Numbered from the stretch's first letter, positions 17,184 through 27,418 are shown. The stretch is DNA of 64,000 nt from an uncultured Pseudomonadota bacterium (GCA_903844155.1 CAIMSU010000077.1:5917-69916); one strand, 5' to 3'. The notes: generated from the letters alone by a model not told the origin. Made by a program: numbers and translations.

Positions 17184-20100
17184 TTGGACCCCAAGGAGCC
17201 CCTCCCCGCAGCCATCGGCCCCTACGCCGTCGTTCGGGTCGTGGCGTCGGGCGGGATGGCCGTCGTGTACGAGGTGACGGATCCCGAATCCGGCCGGCCG
17301 CTGGCGGTAAAAGTCCTGCAGGCCAAGGGCGCGGGCGCCCCGCGCTTCGGACGTGAGTACCGGGCATTGACCCGGATCGACCACCCGAACGTCGTGCGCG
17401 TGTACCGGTATGGGATCACCGAGGGCGGACTGCCGTTCCTGGTGATGGAGCTGCTCAACGGCACGGCCGCACAGGTACGGGTGAAGGCCTGCGGCCGGCC
17501 CGGCGACCCCATCCGCACGGCAGAGGCGATCCGCATCGCCTACGACGTGGCCGAGGCGCTGCAATGCCTGCACGGCCGCGGCATCATCCACCGCGATTTG
17601 AAGTCCTCCAACGTCATCGCGCTACCAGACGGCACCGTCAAGGTGCTGGACTTCGGCACGGCTAGGATGGAGAACTTGAGGGAAGCGTTGACTGAACCCG
17701 GGGAGTTCGTCGGCACGTTCCACTACGCCAGCCCGGAGCAGCTCACCGGCGGAAAGGTCGATGCCCGCACCGATCTCTACGCGTTGGGCGTGCTCTTCTA
17801 CCGGATGCTGACGGGTCGACGACCGTTCGAGGGCGAGGACGCCACCACCCTCGCCCGCCAGCACCTCGAGCACCAGCCCCCGCCCATCGACCGCCTCGTC
17901 CGCGGCGTTCCCGCCCCGATCTGCGAGTTGGTGACGCGGTTGTTGGCCAAGTCGGCCTCCGGACGCCCGCACGACGCCGGCGTCGTCGCCGACTTCCTTA
18001 GACCCTTCGTCGTCAGCCCAACGCCGCAGCCCGATGATCCGCTCCCGACCCTGCGCTTTGTCGGTCGCACCAGCCACACGAGCGCCATCCGGAAGCTGCT
18101 GGACGTCGCGGAACCCGGCTCCGGGCTCATTTTTTGCGGTCCCGAAGGGTCGGGCCGCGGGCGCCTCGTCGGGTATGCGGTCGACGAAGCCACCCGCCGT
18201 GGCTGCCGCAGCATCCGCCTCGTCGCCTCCGGCACCGCGCAACCCTTCGCGCCGGTCTGCCAACTCCTTGAATCGGGCCTGCTGGCAGACGGCGACAGCG
18301 TCGGCGCTATCCACGCCGGACGGGCCGTGACGGTCGATGGCGTTGACCCGGAGGCCCTGGGGCACGCCCTGGCCGCGCGCGCAGTGCTCGACGATCATCC
18401 AGTGTTGTTCGCGATCGAGGCGATGGAGGATGCGGTGGAGGCGCACGTTGCGCTGCTCGCCAGGGTCATGATGGTGCTGGAGCGGCTGGCGGCGCAGGTA
18501 GTGCTGGTCGCGGCCTGGGGAGAGGAGGCCCTGCCCGCCACCTGGCCGGGGCTCCGGCTCATGGACGTGCCCCCGCTCACAGGCCTGGAGGTGGCCGTGG
18601 TGGCGAGCCAGTGGCTTGGCGTCGCCACGGTGCCACCGGAGCTGGTTCGGCGGCTGGCGGCAGCGAGCGGCGGGATGCCCGCGCCCCTGGAGGATCTCGT
18701 GCGGACGTTGCCGCGCGGGAGCTCCGACACCGCGGAGGGACGCGCCGAACGTCGCGATCGGGGCGGACAACTGCCGCTGCCGGAAAACGTCCGCAGCGCG
18801 CTGATCATGCGGGTGGAGAGCCTCCCCAACGCCCATCGGCGCGTGCTCGAGGCGCTGGCGTTGGCCGAGGGCGACCTGGACCTGGAGGTGGTGGCCTTCG
18901 CGGTCGACCAACCTCCCGCCATCGTCCGCGAGGTCCTGACGACGCTCTGCCGGGAACGGCTGATTCACGCGGTCGACGCTGGCTGGAGCTTTCGGCAGGG
19001 GATGACCGCCGAATTCGTGCGCGAGCGGACCCGCCCCACGCGTCGCGCCCTGCTCTGCCGGCGCATCGCCGAGGCGCTCCCGGACCCTCCCGCCAGCCCA
19101 CGCCTGCCCCTGGTGCTCCTGGAGGCGGATCGCCCCGAAGCCGCGGCGAAGAGCGTGGTGGCCTGGGCGAGACCGCTGATGGACGCCGGGCTGTACACCG
19201 AGGCCCTCGGCGGCCTCGAAAAGGTGGTGCATGGTCGCACCCATGCCCCCCACGATTTCATATTATGGCGATTGTACGCCGAATGTATGGCCGTCATCCG
19301 AAGCGCCAGCATGCAGACCGATCAGGCCCTCGCGCAGGCCCGTGCGCTGGCGAGCTCTCCGCTCGACTCGGGCGAGGTCGCGCTCGTGGGGGCCGAGGTC
19401 GCGCGGGCTCGGGGCGACACGCCGTCCGAACGCGCCTTTCTGGTCGAGGCCATCGAGACCTTCCGCCGGGCTGGGCCCGAGGCCTACGCAGGCCGGGGGG
19501 CCGACGCGGGAGCCCGGTTCGCCGATCTGCTCGCCTGCGTCGGCGAATTTGACTCGGCGTGGCGGCTCGCGCGGGAAGGGCTGGACGCACGACTCGCAGC
19601 GTTGAACGCCGATGGACCGAGCGCGGCGTGGGACCTGGCCGCGGTGTCCCGGTCGAGGACTGCACTCGCGTGCGTTGAGCTCCAACGGGGCGAGATTGGC
19701 TCGGCAGAGCGGCTTTTTTTGGAGACCGTGGAGACGGGGGGATCCGACTGGCGGGCGATCGCCGGGCTGGCGACGACGCTGCGACTGCAGGGACGGCTGT
19801 CGGAGGCCCGCCGCATCCTCGAACAGACGCTCATGCGCGCGCGCATCCATGCCCCTGCGCCGCTGCTCGCGACGATCTTGATCACGGCCGCCGAGCTGGA
19901 CATCGACCTCTTCCGCTCCGGCCTTGCGCGGGACCGGCTCCATCAGGCGGTCGACGCCCTTAAGGGCCGGCCTCCGCCCGCGCTGGACGCCCCGCTCGCG
20001 CTGCTCCGCGCACGGTTGCTGGACCTCTCCGGCGATGCACAGGGCGCCATGGCGACGGTCGAGGCGGCGCTGACGCGCGCTGAGGCCCGCGGGTGGCGAT

Positions 20101-20504
20101 TCCACGCGGCGGAGCTCACCGCCCAGCGTGGCGTGCTCCTCGGGCGGCTCGGTCGCGACGGTGAGGCGATGATCACCTCCAGCTCCGCCGTGCGGACGCT
20201 GGTGAGGATGGGGGCGTTGACGGCGTTGGCTGAGGTGCTCGTTGCTGCCGTCGACCGGGGCGAGAGCCTTGACCCCTTGCTCCGGGGTGAGCTGGAAGCC
20301 TGGGCCGAGCGCCAGCCCGTGCGCCTCGCGCGCCTCGCGCTGTTGACCGACGACGTGCGCCACCAGCACATCGAAGGCGGCGTGGAGCCAGAGATCGCCC
20401 GCAACCGGGCCCAGAACCTGCTGCGCCAGCTCACCCAGATGCAGAGCACGGAGGACCGTGCGAGCTTCCTGCTCCATCCCCGCCGGCAGAACCTCCGGGC
20501 CTAG
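17184..20504 (+). CDS. Ser/Thr protein kinase fused to an AAA_16/STAND-like region and C-terminal TPR-like repeats (PknK-type architecture)
   Basis: TTG start. Kinase motifs GGMAVVYEV, LAVKVL, HRDLKSSN, DFGTAR and ASPEQ. The following P-loop-like GPEGSGRGR has Arg in the Walker lysine position. Long helical repeat C-terminus. Confidence 0.9.
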   Translation: MDPKEPLPAAIGPYAVVRVVASGGMAVVYEVTDPESGRPLAVKVLQAKGAGAPRFGREYRALTRIDHPNVVRVYRYGITEGGLPFLVMELLNGTAAQVRVKACGRPGDPIRTAEAIRIAYDVAEALQCLHGRGIIHRDLKSSNVIALPDGTVKVLDFGTARMENLREALTEPGEFVGTFHYASPEQLTGGKVDARTDLYALGVLFYRMLTGRRPFEGEDATTLARQHLEHQPPPIDRLVRGVPAPICELVTRLLAKSASGRPHDAGVVADFLRPFVVSPTPQPDDPLPTLRFVGRTSHTSAIRKLLDVAEPGSGLIFCGPEGSGRGRLVGYAVDEATRRGCRSIRLVASGTAQPFAPVCQLLESGLLADGDSVGAIHAGRAVTVDGVDPEALGHALAARAVLDDHPVLFAIEAMEDAVEAHVALLARVMMVLERLAAQVVLVAAWGEEALPATWPGLRLMDVPPLTGLEVAVVASQWLGVATVPPELVRRLAAASGGMPAPLEDLVRTLPRGSSDTAEGRAERRDRGGQLPLPENVRSALIMRVESLPNAHRRVLEALALAEGDLDLEVVAFAVDQPPAIVREVLTTLCRERLIHAVDAGWSFRQGMTAEFVRERTRPTRRALLCRRIAEALPDPPASPRLPLVLLEADRPEAAAKSVVAWARPLMDAGLYTEALGGLEKVVHGRTHAPHDFILWRLYAECMAVIRSASMQTDQALAQARALASSPLDSGEVALVGAEVARARGDTPSERAFLVEAIETFRRAGPEAYAGRGADAGARFADLLACVGEFDSAWRLAREGLDARLAALNADGPSAAWDLAAVSRSRTALACVELQRGEIGSAERLFLETVETGGSDWRAIAGLATTLRLQGRLSEARRILEQTLMRARIHAPAPLLATILITAAELDIDLFRSGLARDRLHQAVDALKGRPPPALDAPLALLRARLLDLSGDAQGAMATVEAALTRAEARGWRFHAAELTAQRGVLLGRLGRDGEAMITSSSAVRTLVRMGALTALAEVLVAAVDRGESLDPLLRGELEAWAERQPVRLARLALLTDDVRHQHIEGGVEPEIARNRAQNLLRQLTQMQSTEDRASFLLHPRRQNLRA

Positions 20505-20532
20505 CTCACCGATCCCGGGCTACACTGCGGCC

Positions 20533-21042
20533 ATGTTGCTCCTCCTCCTCGCCTGCCTCCCCGTTGCCGTAAAAGGCGACGCCCCAAGCCCCGACTCCTC
20601 CTCCGACACCGCCTCGGACACGTCGGCCGACACCGACACGGACACGGATTCGGACACCGATTCCGACACGGACTCCGATACGGACACCGACACCGACTCG
20701 GACACCGACACAGACTCGGGCACCGCGGCCACGTTGAAGGTGGGCGTGTACGGCGAGACCGGGATGTACGAGCTCACGACGAACACCGACGGCTCCGCGC
20801 ACTTCGACTCCGCCTGCGCCTACGCGGATATCGCATCGACGCCGATCGCCAGCGGGGCGCTCGATTGGACGCTGCAGTGGTACTCCACTGCCGGGGCCAG
20901 CAGTGGCACGCCCACTCACGTCGTCCTGAACGGCACGCTCGCGGGCGACGTCATCACCGGGAACCTGGTCTTCGACGACGGGACGACGAACCCGGTCGTC
21001 CTCACCTACGGTGTCGTCTACAGCGGACCGGTCTGCCGGTAG
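20533..21042 (+). CDS. Secreted/lipoprotein with a (Asp-Thr/Ser)n spacer
   Basis: Signal MLLLLLACLPVAV, a 30-codon DT/DS repeat, then a beta-rich domain of about 110 aa. ATG 20533 chosen within ORF 20458-21042. Confidence 0.7.
   Translation: MLLLLLACLPVAVKGDAPSPDSSSDTASDTSADTDTDTDSDTDSDTDSDTDTDTDSDTDTDSGTAATLKVGVYGETGMYELTTNTDGSAHFDSACAYADIASTPIASGALDWTLQWYSTAGASSGTPTHVVLNGTLAGDVITGNLVFDDGTTNPVVLTYGVVYSGPVCR
20629..20718 (+). repeat. Hexanucleotide tandem repeat (GAC-WCN)15 encoding DTDTDTDSDTDS...
   Basis: Read directly from the sequence: gacaccgacacggacacggattcggacaccgattccgac... Confidence 0.9.
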
Positions 21043-21069
21043 CGAGCGTCGGCCGGGATACTTCCCGCG

Positions 21070-22593
21070 ATGGAGGCTCCCATGCCGTGCTCCTCGGGTC
21101 TGTCGTCAGTGCGCATGCTGTGCCTCGCCGCGCTCACCGCCGCCGTCGGGACCGGGTGCACCGGCAAGACCGTCGACGACACAGCGATCGGCTCGACATT
21201 CCCGGCGAATTTCATGTGGGGCACCGCCGTTGCCGGCTTCCAGGTCGAGCCCGGCTGTCCGACGATCCCCGAATCCGAGTGCGAAGATCAGCACAGTGAC
21301 TGGTACCAGTGGGTCACGGACCCCGAGCTGATCGCGGACACCAACAACCACCTCTCGGGTGAGCCGCTGTCCGACGGCCCCGGCCACTACGAGCTCTACG
21401 ACGAGGACCTCGACAACGCCGTCGCGCTCGGCACGACCGCCTTCCGCACGAGCATCGAGTGGTCACGGCTGTTCCCGGACGGCGCGGCCGAGCAGGCCAC
21501 CACGGTCGACGAGCTGATGCAGTACGTCGACCCGACCGCACTGGCCTATTACAACGCCTACTTTGACGACATCGTCGCGCATGGTTTGACACCGCTGGTC
21601 ACCCTCAACCACTACACACTGCCGCTCTGGATCCACAATGGCAAGGCGTGTCACGCGGACGTTGACACCTGCACCGACCGGGGCTGGCTGGACCTGCCGC
21701 GCATCAAGCCGGCGATCGCGTTGTATGCCGGCTTTTGCGCCCAGCAGTTCGGGGATCGTGTCGATTGGTGGGCGACCGAGAACGAGCCGTTCGCCGTCGT
21801 GCTCTCAGGGTACCTGATCCCCAGCGCGGACCGGACGAATCCGCCGGGCGTGAGCCGCGCCGACCTGGCGATCCCGGTGGCATTCAATCTCGCGGAGGGG
21901 CACGCCGCGATGTACGACGCCATCAAGGCCTACGACACCGTGGATGCCGATGGCGACGGCGTTGTGAGCATGGTCGGCGCTGTTCCCAATCTCGTCGCCA
22001 CACAGCCCCTCGACCCAACGAACGCACTGGACGTCCAGGGCGCGGCCGACCTCGACTACGTCTACAACCGCATCTACCTGAACGCCACGATCAACGGGGA
22101 CTTTGATCGGGATCTCGACGGTATCGCCGAGGAGCACCGCGACGACATCGCCGGGCGGATGGACTATGTTGGTGTCAACTACTACACACGCATCACCGTG
22201 AAGGGGCTGAGCGTGCCGTTGTTTGGCGCGTATCCGAAGACAGACTTTTACCCGCAGGTGCTGTGGGAGGAATACCCAGCCGGCATCGCCGACGTTGTGA
22301 ACCTCGCCAACAGCTACGGCCTGCCCGCGGTCATCACCGAGAACGGCACACAGCCGACGGACACCAGCGGCGACGACTTCCTGCGCCCCCACCTGCAATC
22401 CCTGCTTGGCGCGATGGACGCGGGCGCCGACGTGCGCGGGTACTTCTATTGGACGCTCGTCGACAACTACGAGTGGAACCACGGTATGTCCTACAAATTC
22501 GGGATGTACGATCTCGACACGACGACCAAGGCAAGGACCGAGCGTCCGATGGGGCAGACCTACTCGGACATCATCGCCAGTGGCACGCCGTGA
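21070..22593 (+). CDS. Glycoside hydrolase family 1 (beta-glucosidase-like), secreted/lipoprotein
   Basis: FPANFMWGTAVAGFQVE, acid/base TENEP and nucleophile ITENG motifs. Signal with AVGTGC lipobox. Confidence 0.9.
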   Translation: MEAPMPCSSGLSSVRMLCLAALTAAVGTGCTGKTVDDTAIGSTFPANFMWGTAVAGFQVEPGCPTIPESECEDQHSDWYQWVTDPELIADTNNHLSGEPLSDGPGHYELYDEDLDNAVALGTTAFRTSIEWSRLFPDGAAEQATTVDELMQYVDPTALAYYNAYFDDIVAHGLTPLVTLNHYTLPLWIHNGKACHADVDTCTDRGWLDLPRIKPAIALYAGFCAQQFGDRVDWWATENEPFAVVLSGYLIPSADRTNPPGVSRADLAIPVAFNLAEGHAAMYDAIKAYDTVDADGDGVVSMVGAVPNLVATQPLDPTNALDVQGAADLDYVYNRIYLNATINGDFDRDLDGIAEEHRDDIAGRMDYVGVNYYTRITVKGLSVPLFGAYPKTDFYPQVLWEEYPAGIADVVNLANSYGLPAVITENGTQPTDTSGDDFLRPHLQSLLGAMDAGADVRGYFYWTLVDNYEWNHGMSYKFGMYDLDTTTKARTERPMGQTYSDIIASGTP

Positions 22594-22626
22594 CGCATTG
22601 TGCCGACCACCGGATAGACGCCGCCG

Positions 22627-23832
22627 ATGACTGATCCCGTGTTTGGCGAAGCCACGTGGACACCCGGCTCGCCCGCGGTCCGCGAACAATGGCGTCTCGA
22701 CCCCAGTGTTGCGTTCCTGAACAACGGCAGCTTCGGTGCCACGCCTCGCGTCGTGCTCGACGCGGTCCGCAGCATCCACGCCGAGATGGAGGCCGAGCCC
22801 GTGCGGTTCTTCGCACGCGAGCTGCCGGATCGCATCGCTCTCGCGCGCACAGCCGTCGCCGGTTTCCTCGGCGCCGACGAGCCCGGACTCGCGTTCGTCC
22901 CCAACGCGACCACCGGCGTGAACGCTGTGCTGCGCTCCTTCCCGTGGCAACCGGGCGATGCGCTGCTGCTCGCGGACCAGACCTACAACGCCGTAAAACA
23001 GACCGCGCTGTGGATCTCGCGGCGCTACGGCGTGGATCTGCAGTGGGCGAAGCTGCCCTTTCCGCTGGAGACGCCCGACCAGATGGTCGCACCCTGGCTG
23101 GAAGCCGCCAGCCCCCGGACCCGGCTCGCGGTCGTTGACCACGTCTCCTCGCCGACCGCGATGATCCTGCCGGTTGAACGCATCCTTTCGGCCCTGCACG
23201 ACCAGGGCATCCCGGTGCTGGTGGACGGCGCCCACGCGCCCGGCCTGCTCCCGCTGGACATCAGCGCGCTGGGAGCCGAATTCTACGTCGGCAACCTGCA
23301 CAAGTGGGCCTACGCGGCAAAGGGCTCCGCGATCCTTCACGTGTGCGAGGCCTGGCGCGATCGCATCCAGCCCGTCTGCATCTCCCACGGGTACGGGCAG
23401 GGGTTGCGCGCAGAGTTCGACTGGACCGGCACGGCGGACCTCTCGCCCTGGCTCACAGCGCCCGTGGGCCTGGACTTCTGGCGCCGCCTCGACCGGACCG
23501 CGACCGACGGACTCGCCGCCTCGAATCACCGCCTTGTCCAGACCGGGCGAACGCTCGTCGCCAAGGCGCTCGGCACCGATCTTCCGCACCCCGACGATCC
23601 CGCGCTCTACGGCCCGATGGCGGCAATGCGCTGGCCCGCGCCGTTCTCGGGCGACTTCCGGCAGGTCTTCGATCTGAACCGCCGGCTCTACGACGACCAC
23701 CGGATCGAGGTCCCCTTCACGGCGATCAGCGCGGACAGCCCCCACATCTGGCTCCGCATCTCCGGCCAGGCCTACAATCGGCCCGCGGAGTACGAGCGGC
23801 TCGCCGAGGTGCTCAAGAGCGGCTGGCGCTGA
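22627..23832 (+). CDS. Class V aminotransferase-fold PLP enzyme (isopenicillin-N epimerase/cysteine desulfurase-like)
   Basis: AFLNNGSFGATP, VDHVSSPTAMILP, VDGAHAPG and GNLHKW (PLP lysine). Confidence 0.85.
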   Translation: MTDPVFGEATWTPGSPAVREQWRLDPSVAFLNNGSFGATPRVVLDAVRSIHAEMEAEPVRFFARELPDRIALARTAVAGFLGADEPGLAFVPNATTGVNAVLRSFPWQPGDALLLADQTYNAVKQTALWISRRYGVDLQWAKLPFPLETPDQMVAPWLEAASPRTRLAVVDHVSSPTAMILPVERILSALHDQGIPVLVDGAHAPGLLPLDISALGAEFYVGNLHKWAYAAKGSAILHVCEAWRDRIQPVCISHGYGQGLRAEFDWTGTADLSPWLTAPVGLDFWRRLDRTATDGLAASNHRLVQTGRTLVAKALGTDLPHPDDPALYGPMAAMRWPAPFSGDFRQVFDLNRRLYDDHRIEVPFTAISADSPHIWLRISGQAYNRPAEYERLAEVLKSGWR

Positions 23833-23856
23833 CCGGACGCGACTGCAGGTGGTGAC

Positions 23857-24324
23857 CTACCGCCGCTCCTTCAGCTCCCGCGCGACCTCCCGCTTGTCCT
23901 CCTTCTCGCGCAGCACGTGGCGCTTGTCGTGGAGCTTTCGGCCCTTCCCGACGGCGAAGATGAGCTTCACCCACGGGCCTTTGAAGTAGAGCTCCAACGG
24001 CACCAGCGTGACCCCCTTCTCTTTGACCAACTGATGGAGCTTCTGCGACTCCTCCCAATGCAACAGGAGCGGGCGGGGCTGCACGGGCTCATGATTGTAG
24101 CGGTTGGCCTGCGCGTAGATGGCCACGTGCGCGCCCATCAAGACGGGCCTCCCGTTGTGGAACTCGACCCACGCTTCTTCGAGCGTCACCCGGCCGGCGC
24201 GCATGCTCTTCACCTCGGAGCCGGTCAGGATCATGCCGGCTTCGTACTGGGTTTCGAGGTCGAACTGCATGTGCGCGCGACGGTTGAGGCACACGGTCCG
24301 ACGGGCGGGCTTCTTGTCGGCCAT
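23857..24324 (-). CDS. smpB: SsrA-binding protein SmpB
   Basis: NRRAHMQFDLETQYEAGMILTGSEVKS..., YFKGPWVKLIFAVGKGRKLHDKR. ATG 24324 chosen within ORF 23857-24618. Confidence 0.95.
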   Translation of the reverse strand: MADKKPARRTVCLNRRAHMQFDLETQYEAGMILTGSEVKSMRAGRVTLEEAWVEFHNGRPVLMGAHVAIYAQANRYNHEPVQPRPLLLHWEESQKLHQLVKEKGVTLVPLELYFKGPWVKLIFAVGKGRKLHDKRHVLREKEDKREVARELKERR

Positions 24325-24375
24325 GAGTGGGGCTATCCGGATTTGCGATCCTTGTCCCCGCGATAGCCTGACGGC

Positions 24376-24899
24376 ATGCGTGTCGGCACTTGCGCTCTGT
24401 TGGTTGGGTTTGCCGCGTGTCGCACGCAGGCGGCGCCGCCGCTGGGCCTTTGGGAGGCGAATGGCTACCTTTTCGGCCCGACCGACGTCTACGACAGCGC
24501 CTGCCACGACCTCGGGAGCCTGCCCGCTGGTCCGGTCCACCTGCGCGCGCGCGGACTCACGTGCGACGAGGTGCTCTGCGCAAAGCCGTTCGGACCGCAA
24601 TCCACCTGCTTCGACCACTGGAACGCCGCCTACTCGGGGCTCGGCGAGGACGCTGGGACCACCTGAAGCCCCACGATGAGCCGCTGGCCGTGCTCGCCGA
24701 CGGGTCGCCGGTCGTGGCCTGGTACGATCCGGAGGGCATCGCGCCGTCCGAAGTCGCCCCCGTGAACGTGGCCGTGGAGCGGACCACCGCCTCCGGAAAG
24801 CGCTACGAGTGGCTGGCCGAGCCCACGATCGAGCCTGCCTGGGCCGCGGGGGTGTTCGGTGCGAATCCGGATCACGGGACCTGGGCCGCGCTCTACTGA
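24376..24899 (+). pseudogene. Putative lipoprotein whose coding signal switches frame near 24640-24665 (frameshift, sequencing error, or two short genes)
   Basis: Frame A (24376-24666) has the lipobox LVGFAAC and high GC3. Frame B, read from about 24657 to 24899 (WDHLKPHDEPLAVLADGSPVVAWYDPEG...), also has high GC3 and protein-like composition. Its only internal start is GTG 24690. Confidence 0.45.
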
Positions 24900-25423
24900 C
24901 CGCCGGCCGCCATGGTCGTCACCGTTCGCCAGTTCCGCGCCGTTCCCACGGTGCCGAGCCGATTTTCGAGCCAATCGAGGGTGAGCTTCGTCTTCGCAAA
25001 ACCCCGCGGGCAATGGCAGTAGACCTCGCGTCCGCGCACGACGCATTCGTCCGGGGGCGAGCGCGCGGGGTCGAGGGTGGCGATCTGCGCGTCACTGGGC
25101 GCATCGCGGAGGAGGACGACCATGACGATCGACGGGTCGGCGCCCGGGTAGGGGCCTGCGGCCACGACCTCGGCCAGAGCGGAGCGGGTGCGGACGACAA
25201 CGGGGACGGAGAGGCCCAGCTTGTCGAGGATGGCGGCCTCGATCCCGGCGGCGACGGAAACGTTGTCCGTGACCGCGACGGGCGTGAACCAGAGGTTTCC
25301 GCTCTGCACGTAGGTCTTGACGGCGCCGTGCCCGAGCCCGACGAACACCCCGCGCAGCGCCTCCATCGTCACGCGGTTGTGACCGCCGACGTTTATGCTC
25401 CGCAGAAAAGCGACGTGGGACAT
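24893..25423 (-). CDS. DUF1697 family protein
   Basis: MSHVAFLRSINVGGHNRVTM...VKTYVQSGN...TARNWRTV is characteristic of DUF1697. Confidence 0.8.
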   Translation of the reverse strand: MSHVAFLRSINVGGHNRVTMEALRGVFVGLGHGAVKTYVQSGNLWFTPVAVTDNVSVAAGIEAAILDKLGLSVPVVVRTRSALAEVVAAGPYPGADPSIVMVVLLRDAPSDAQIATLDPARSPPDECVVRGREVYCHCPRGFAKTKLTLDWLENRLGTVGTARNWRTVTTMAAGGQ

Positions 25424-25443
25424 GCCCCACACGTATCGCAGGC

Positions 25444-25827
25444 CTACGCCCGCGAAACGGCGATGGCCACAACGTTTCCATCGGGGTCGGCGTAGTAGGC
25501 GACGCGCTCTCCCCAGGGGCGATCGGCTGCAGCGCTGAGCGGACGGGCGCCGACCGCAGCAAGCGCCGCTTGTGCCGCCACGAGGTCCTTCACTCGAAAG
25601 TACAGCTCTGTCGCGGTGATTCCCGAGCAGCGCCCGGGGCTTTCGCCGACGTTCCGCGCAAACCCCTCCCGCAGGTAGAGCCCAAGCCCGAACCGGCCCT
25701 CCCCGGGTTCGGGCGCCAGCTCCACGTAGACGGGTGTCTTGACGACCGGCCGAAACCCCAGCCCGTCCGCGTAGAATTTCACGGCGACGGCAAGGTCGGC
25801 GACGGCGAGGATGAGGAGGTCGGCCAT
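25444..25827 (-). CDS. VOC/glyoxalase family protein
   Basis: VADLAVAVKFYADGLGF...YYADPDGNVVAI. ATG 25827 chosen within ORF 25444-26196. Confidence 0.75.
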   Translation of the reverse strand: MADLLILAVADLAVAVKFYADGLGFRPVVKTPVYVELAPEPGEGRFGLGLYLREGFARNVGESPGRCSGITATELYFRVKDLVAAQAALAAVGARPLSAAADRPWGERVAYYADPDGNVVAIAVSRA

Positions 25828-26065
25828 GCCAGCGCTTACCCCGGGGTCGAACGGAACGGCGGCCCGCTCCGGGGCAAGGCAGGGTTCGGGATGCGTCACG
25901 CAGGCGCGCGGGAACCCGCCGGGGGCCTGCCGAGCCGCCCAAAGGAGCCGCAGGGTCACCCCGAAGTGCAGACGGGCCGTGGTTTCCGTGCAGAGCCGCG
26001 CCGTCGCGAGCAAACCGCTGGCCGGCGGCGTCCGAGCGGTTACCCGCCGCCCAACTGGAGTCCCC

Positions 26066-27418
26066 TTGTCGCCTGCCCGTCGCACGCTCGCCGCCGCCCT
26101 CATCGGCGCCGCACTTGTCCCCGTCGGCCTCGCGTTGCACGCGTGCAGCCAGCAGGAAGCGCCGCCGCCCAAGGCCGAGCCGAAGCCCGAGGTCAAGCCC
26201 TTCGTCCCGCCCGCGCCCGTGCAGGAAGCGCTGGTTGGCGGCCCATATCCGTCATTGCTCCTCGCACAGGCGCAGTTCTACGATGGCGACGGCGGAAAGC
26301 CGGTCCCCGGCCCCGCGCTCCTGACGATCGCGCGAAAGGCAGCCGACGGCTGGAAATTCAGCCGGATCGAAGACCCCGACTCCAACGTCTTCCACAAGGC
26401 GTTGCCGTACGACGGCGGCATCCTGACCATCGGCGCCGAGAAGGCGCTGCTCAAGAAATGGACGTTTGCCGATGGCAAATGGAACCAGGAGACGCTCTGG
26501 GCGCCGGCTCCCTGGGGCGGCAAGTTCAACCGCATCCGGGACGTGGAGGTCGGCGACGTGAACGGCGACGGCAAGGACGACATCGTCATGGCCACGCACG
26601 ATGCCGGCGTCATCGCCGTCGGCCAGTGGAAGGACGGCGCGCCCGGGCAGCCCGCGCACCTCGACGTGACCGAGCTGGACAAGAAGCCCGACACCTTCGT
26701 GCACGAGATCGAGATCGGCGACATCGATGGCGACGGCATCAACGAGTTCTTCGCGACGCCGAGCGACCGCAACAAGGCCAGCGGCGAGAGCCAGCCCGGC
26801 ATGGTCGTGATGTACAAGTGGGACAAGGCCGCGGCCACCTGGCATCGCACGATCGTCGACCAGTTCGCGGACAGCCATGCCAAGGAGATCCTGGCAGTGA
26901 AGCTGGATGACTCGCCCGCGGCGAAAGGAAAGGGATGCGACTTCTTCGCGGTGGTGGAAGCCGCGGCGGTCATGGAGAACGGCGCGACGAAGATCGTCCA
27001 CCCCGTCGAAATCCGGCATTACACCTACGACAAGAAGACCGGCACCTTCACCCACTCCGTGGCAGCGACGCTGGACGACAAGCAGAACCGCTTCCTCGTC
27101 CCCGGCGACCTCGACGGCGACGGCAAGAAGGAGCTCGTGGCCTGCGCGATGAAGACCGGCATCTGGGTCCTCAAGGACAACGGCGACGGCACATGGACGC
27201 AGCAGAACATCGAGCGCAACAGCTCCGGCTTCGAACATTCGGCGTGGGAGGCCGATCTCGACGGCGACGGCAAGCTGGAGCTCTACGTCGCCTCGGACGA
27301 TCAGCGCGAGCTGCGCGAGTACAAGTACAACCCCGCGACCCGCCTGTACGACAAGACCGTGCTCGGGCCGATCAAGAAGGGGACGATCACCTGGAACATC
27401 ACCTCGGGGTCGTTCTGA
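26066..27418 (+). CDS. FG-GAP/VCBS repeat lipoprotein (beta-propeller)
   Basis: Four or more DxDGDG-type repeats: GDVNGDGKDDIV, GDIDGDGINEFF, GDLDGDGKKELV, ADLDGDGKLELY. Signal ends LALHAC. Start (TTG 26066 after GGAG) is uncertain. Confidence 0.8.
   Translation: MSPARRTLAAALIGAALVPVGLALHACSQQEAPPPKAEPKPEVKPFVPPAPVQEALVGGPYPSLLLAQAQFYDGDGGKPVPGPALLTIARKAADGWKFSRIEDPDSNVFHKALPYDGGILTIGAEKALLKKWTFADGKWNQETLWAPAPWGGKFNRIRDVEVGDVNGDGKDDIVMATHDAGVIAVGQWKDGAPGQPAHLDVTELDKKPDTFVHEIEIGDIDGDGINEFFATPSDRNKASGESQPGMVVMYKWDKAAATWHRTIVDQFADSHAKEILAVKLDDSPAAKGKGCDFFAVVEAAAVMENGATKIVHPVEIRHYTYDKKTGTFTHSVAATLDDKQNRFLVPGDLDGDGKKELVACAMKTGIWVLKDNGDGTWTQQNIERNSSGFEHSAWEADLDGDGKLELYVASDDQRELREYKYNPATRLYDKTVLGPIKKGTITWNITSGSF

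Noticed and set aside
23833-24375. Looked for a tmRNA (ssrA) gene next to smpB, and for tRNA genes in every intergenic gap.
   Set aside because: I found no tRNA-like acceptor/T-arm sequence (GGTTCGAATCC-type) and no tmRNA 5'-GGGG...3'-CCA termini. The gaps flanking smpB are only 24 and 51 nt.
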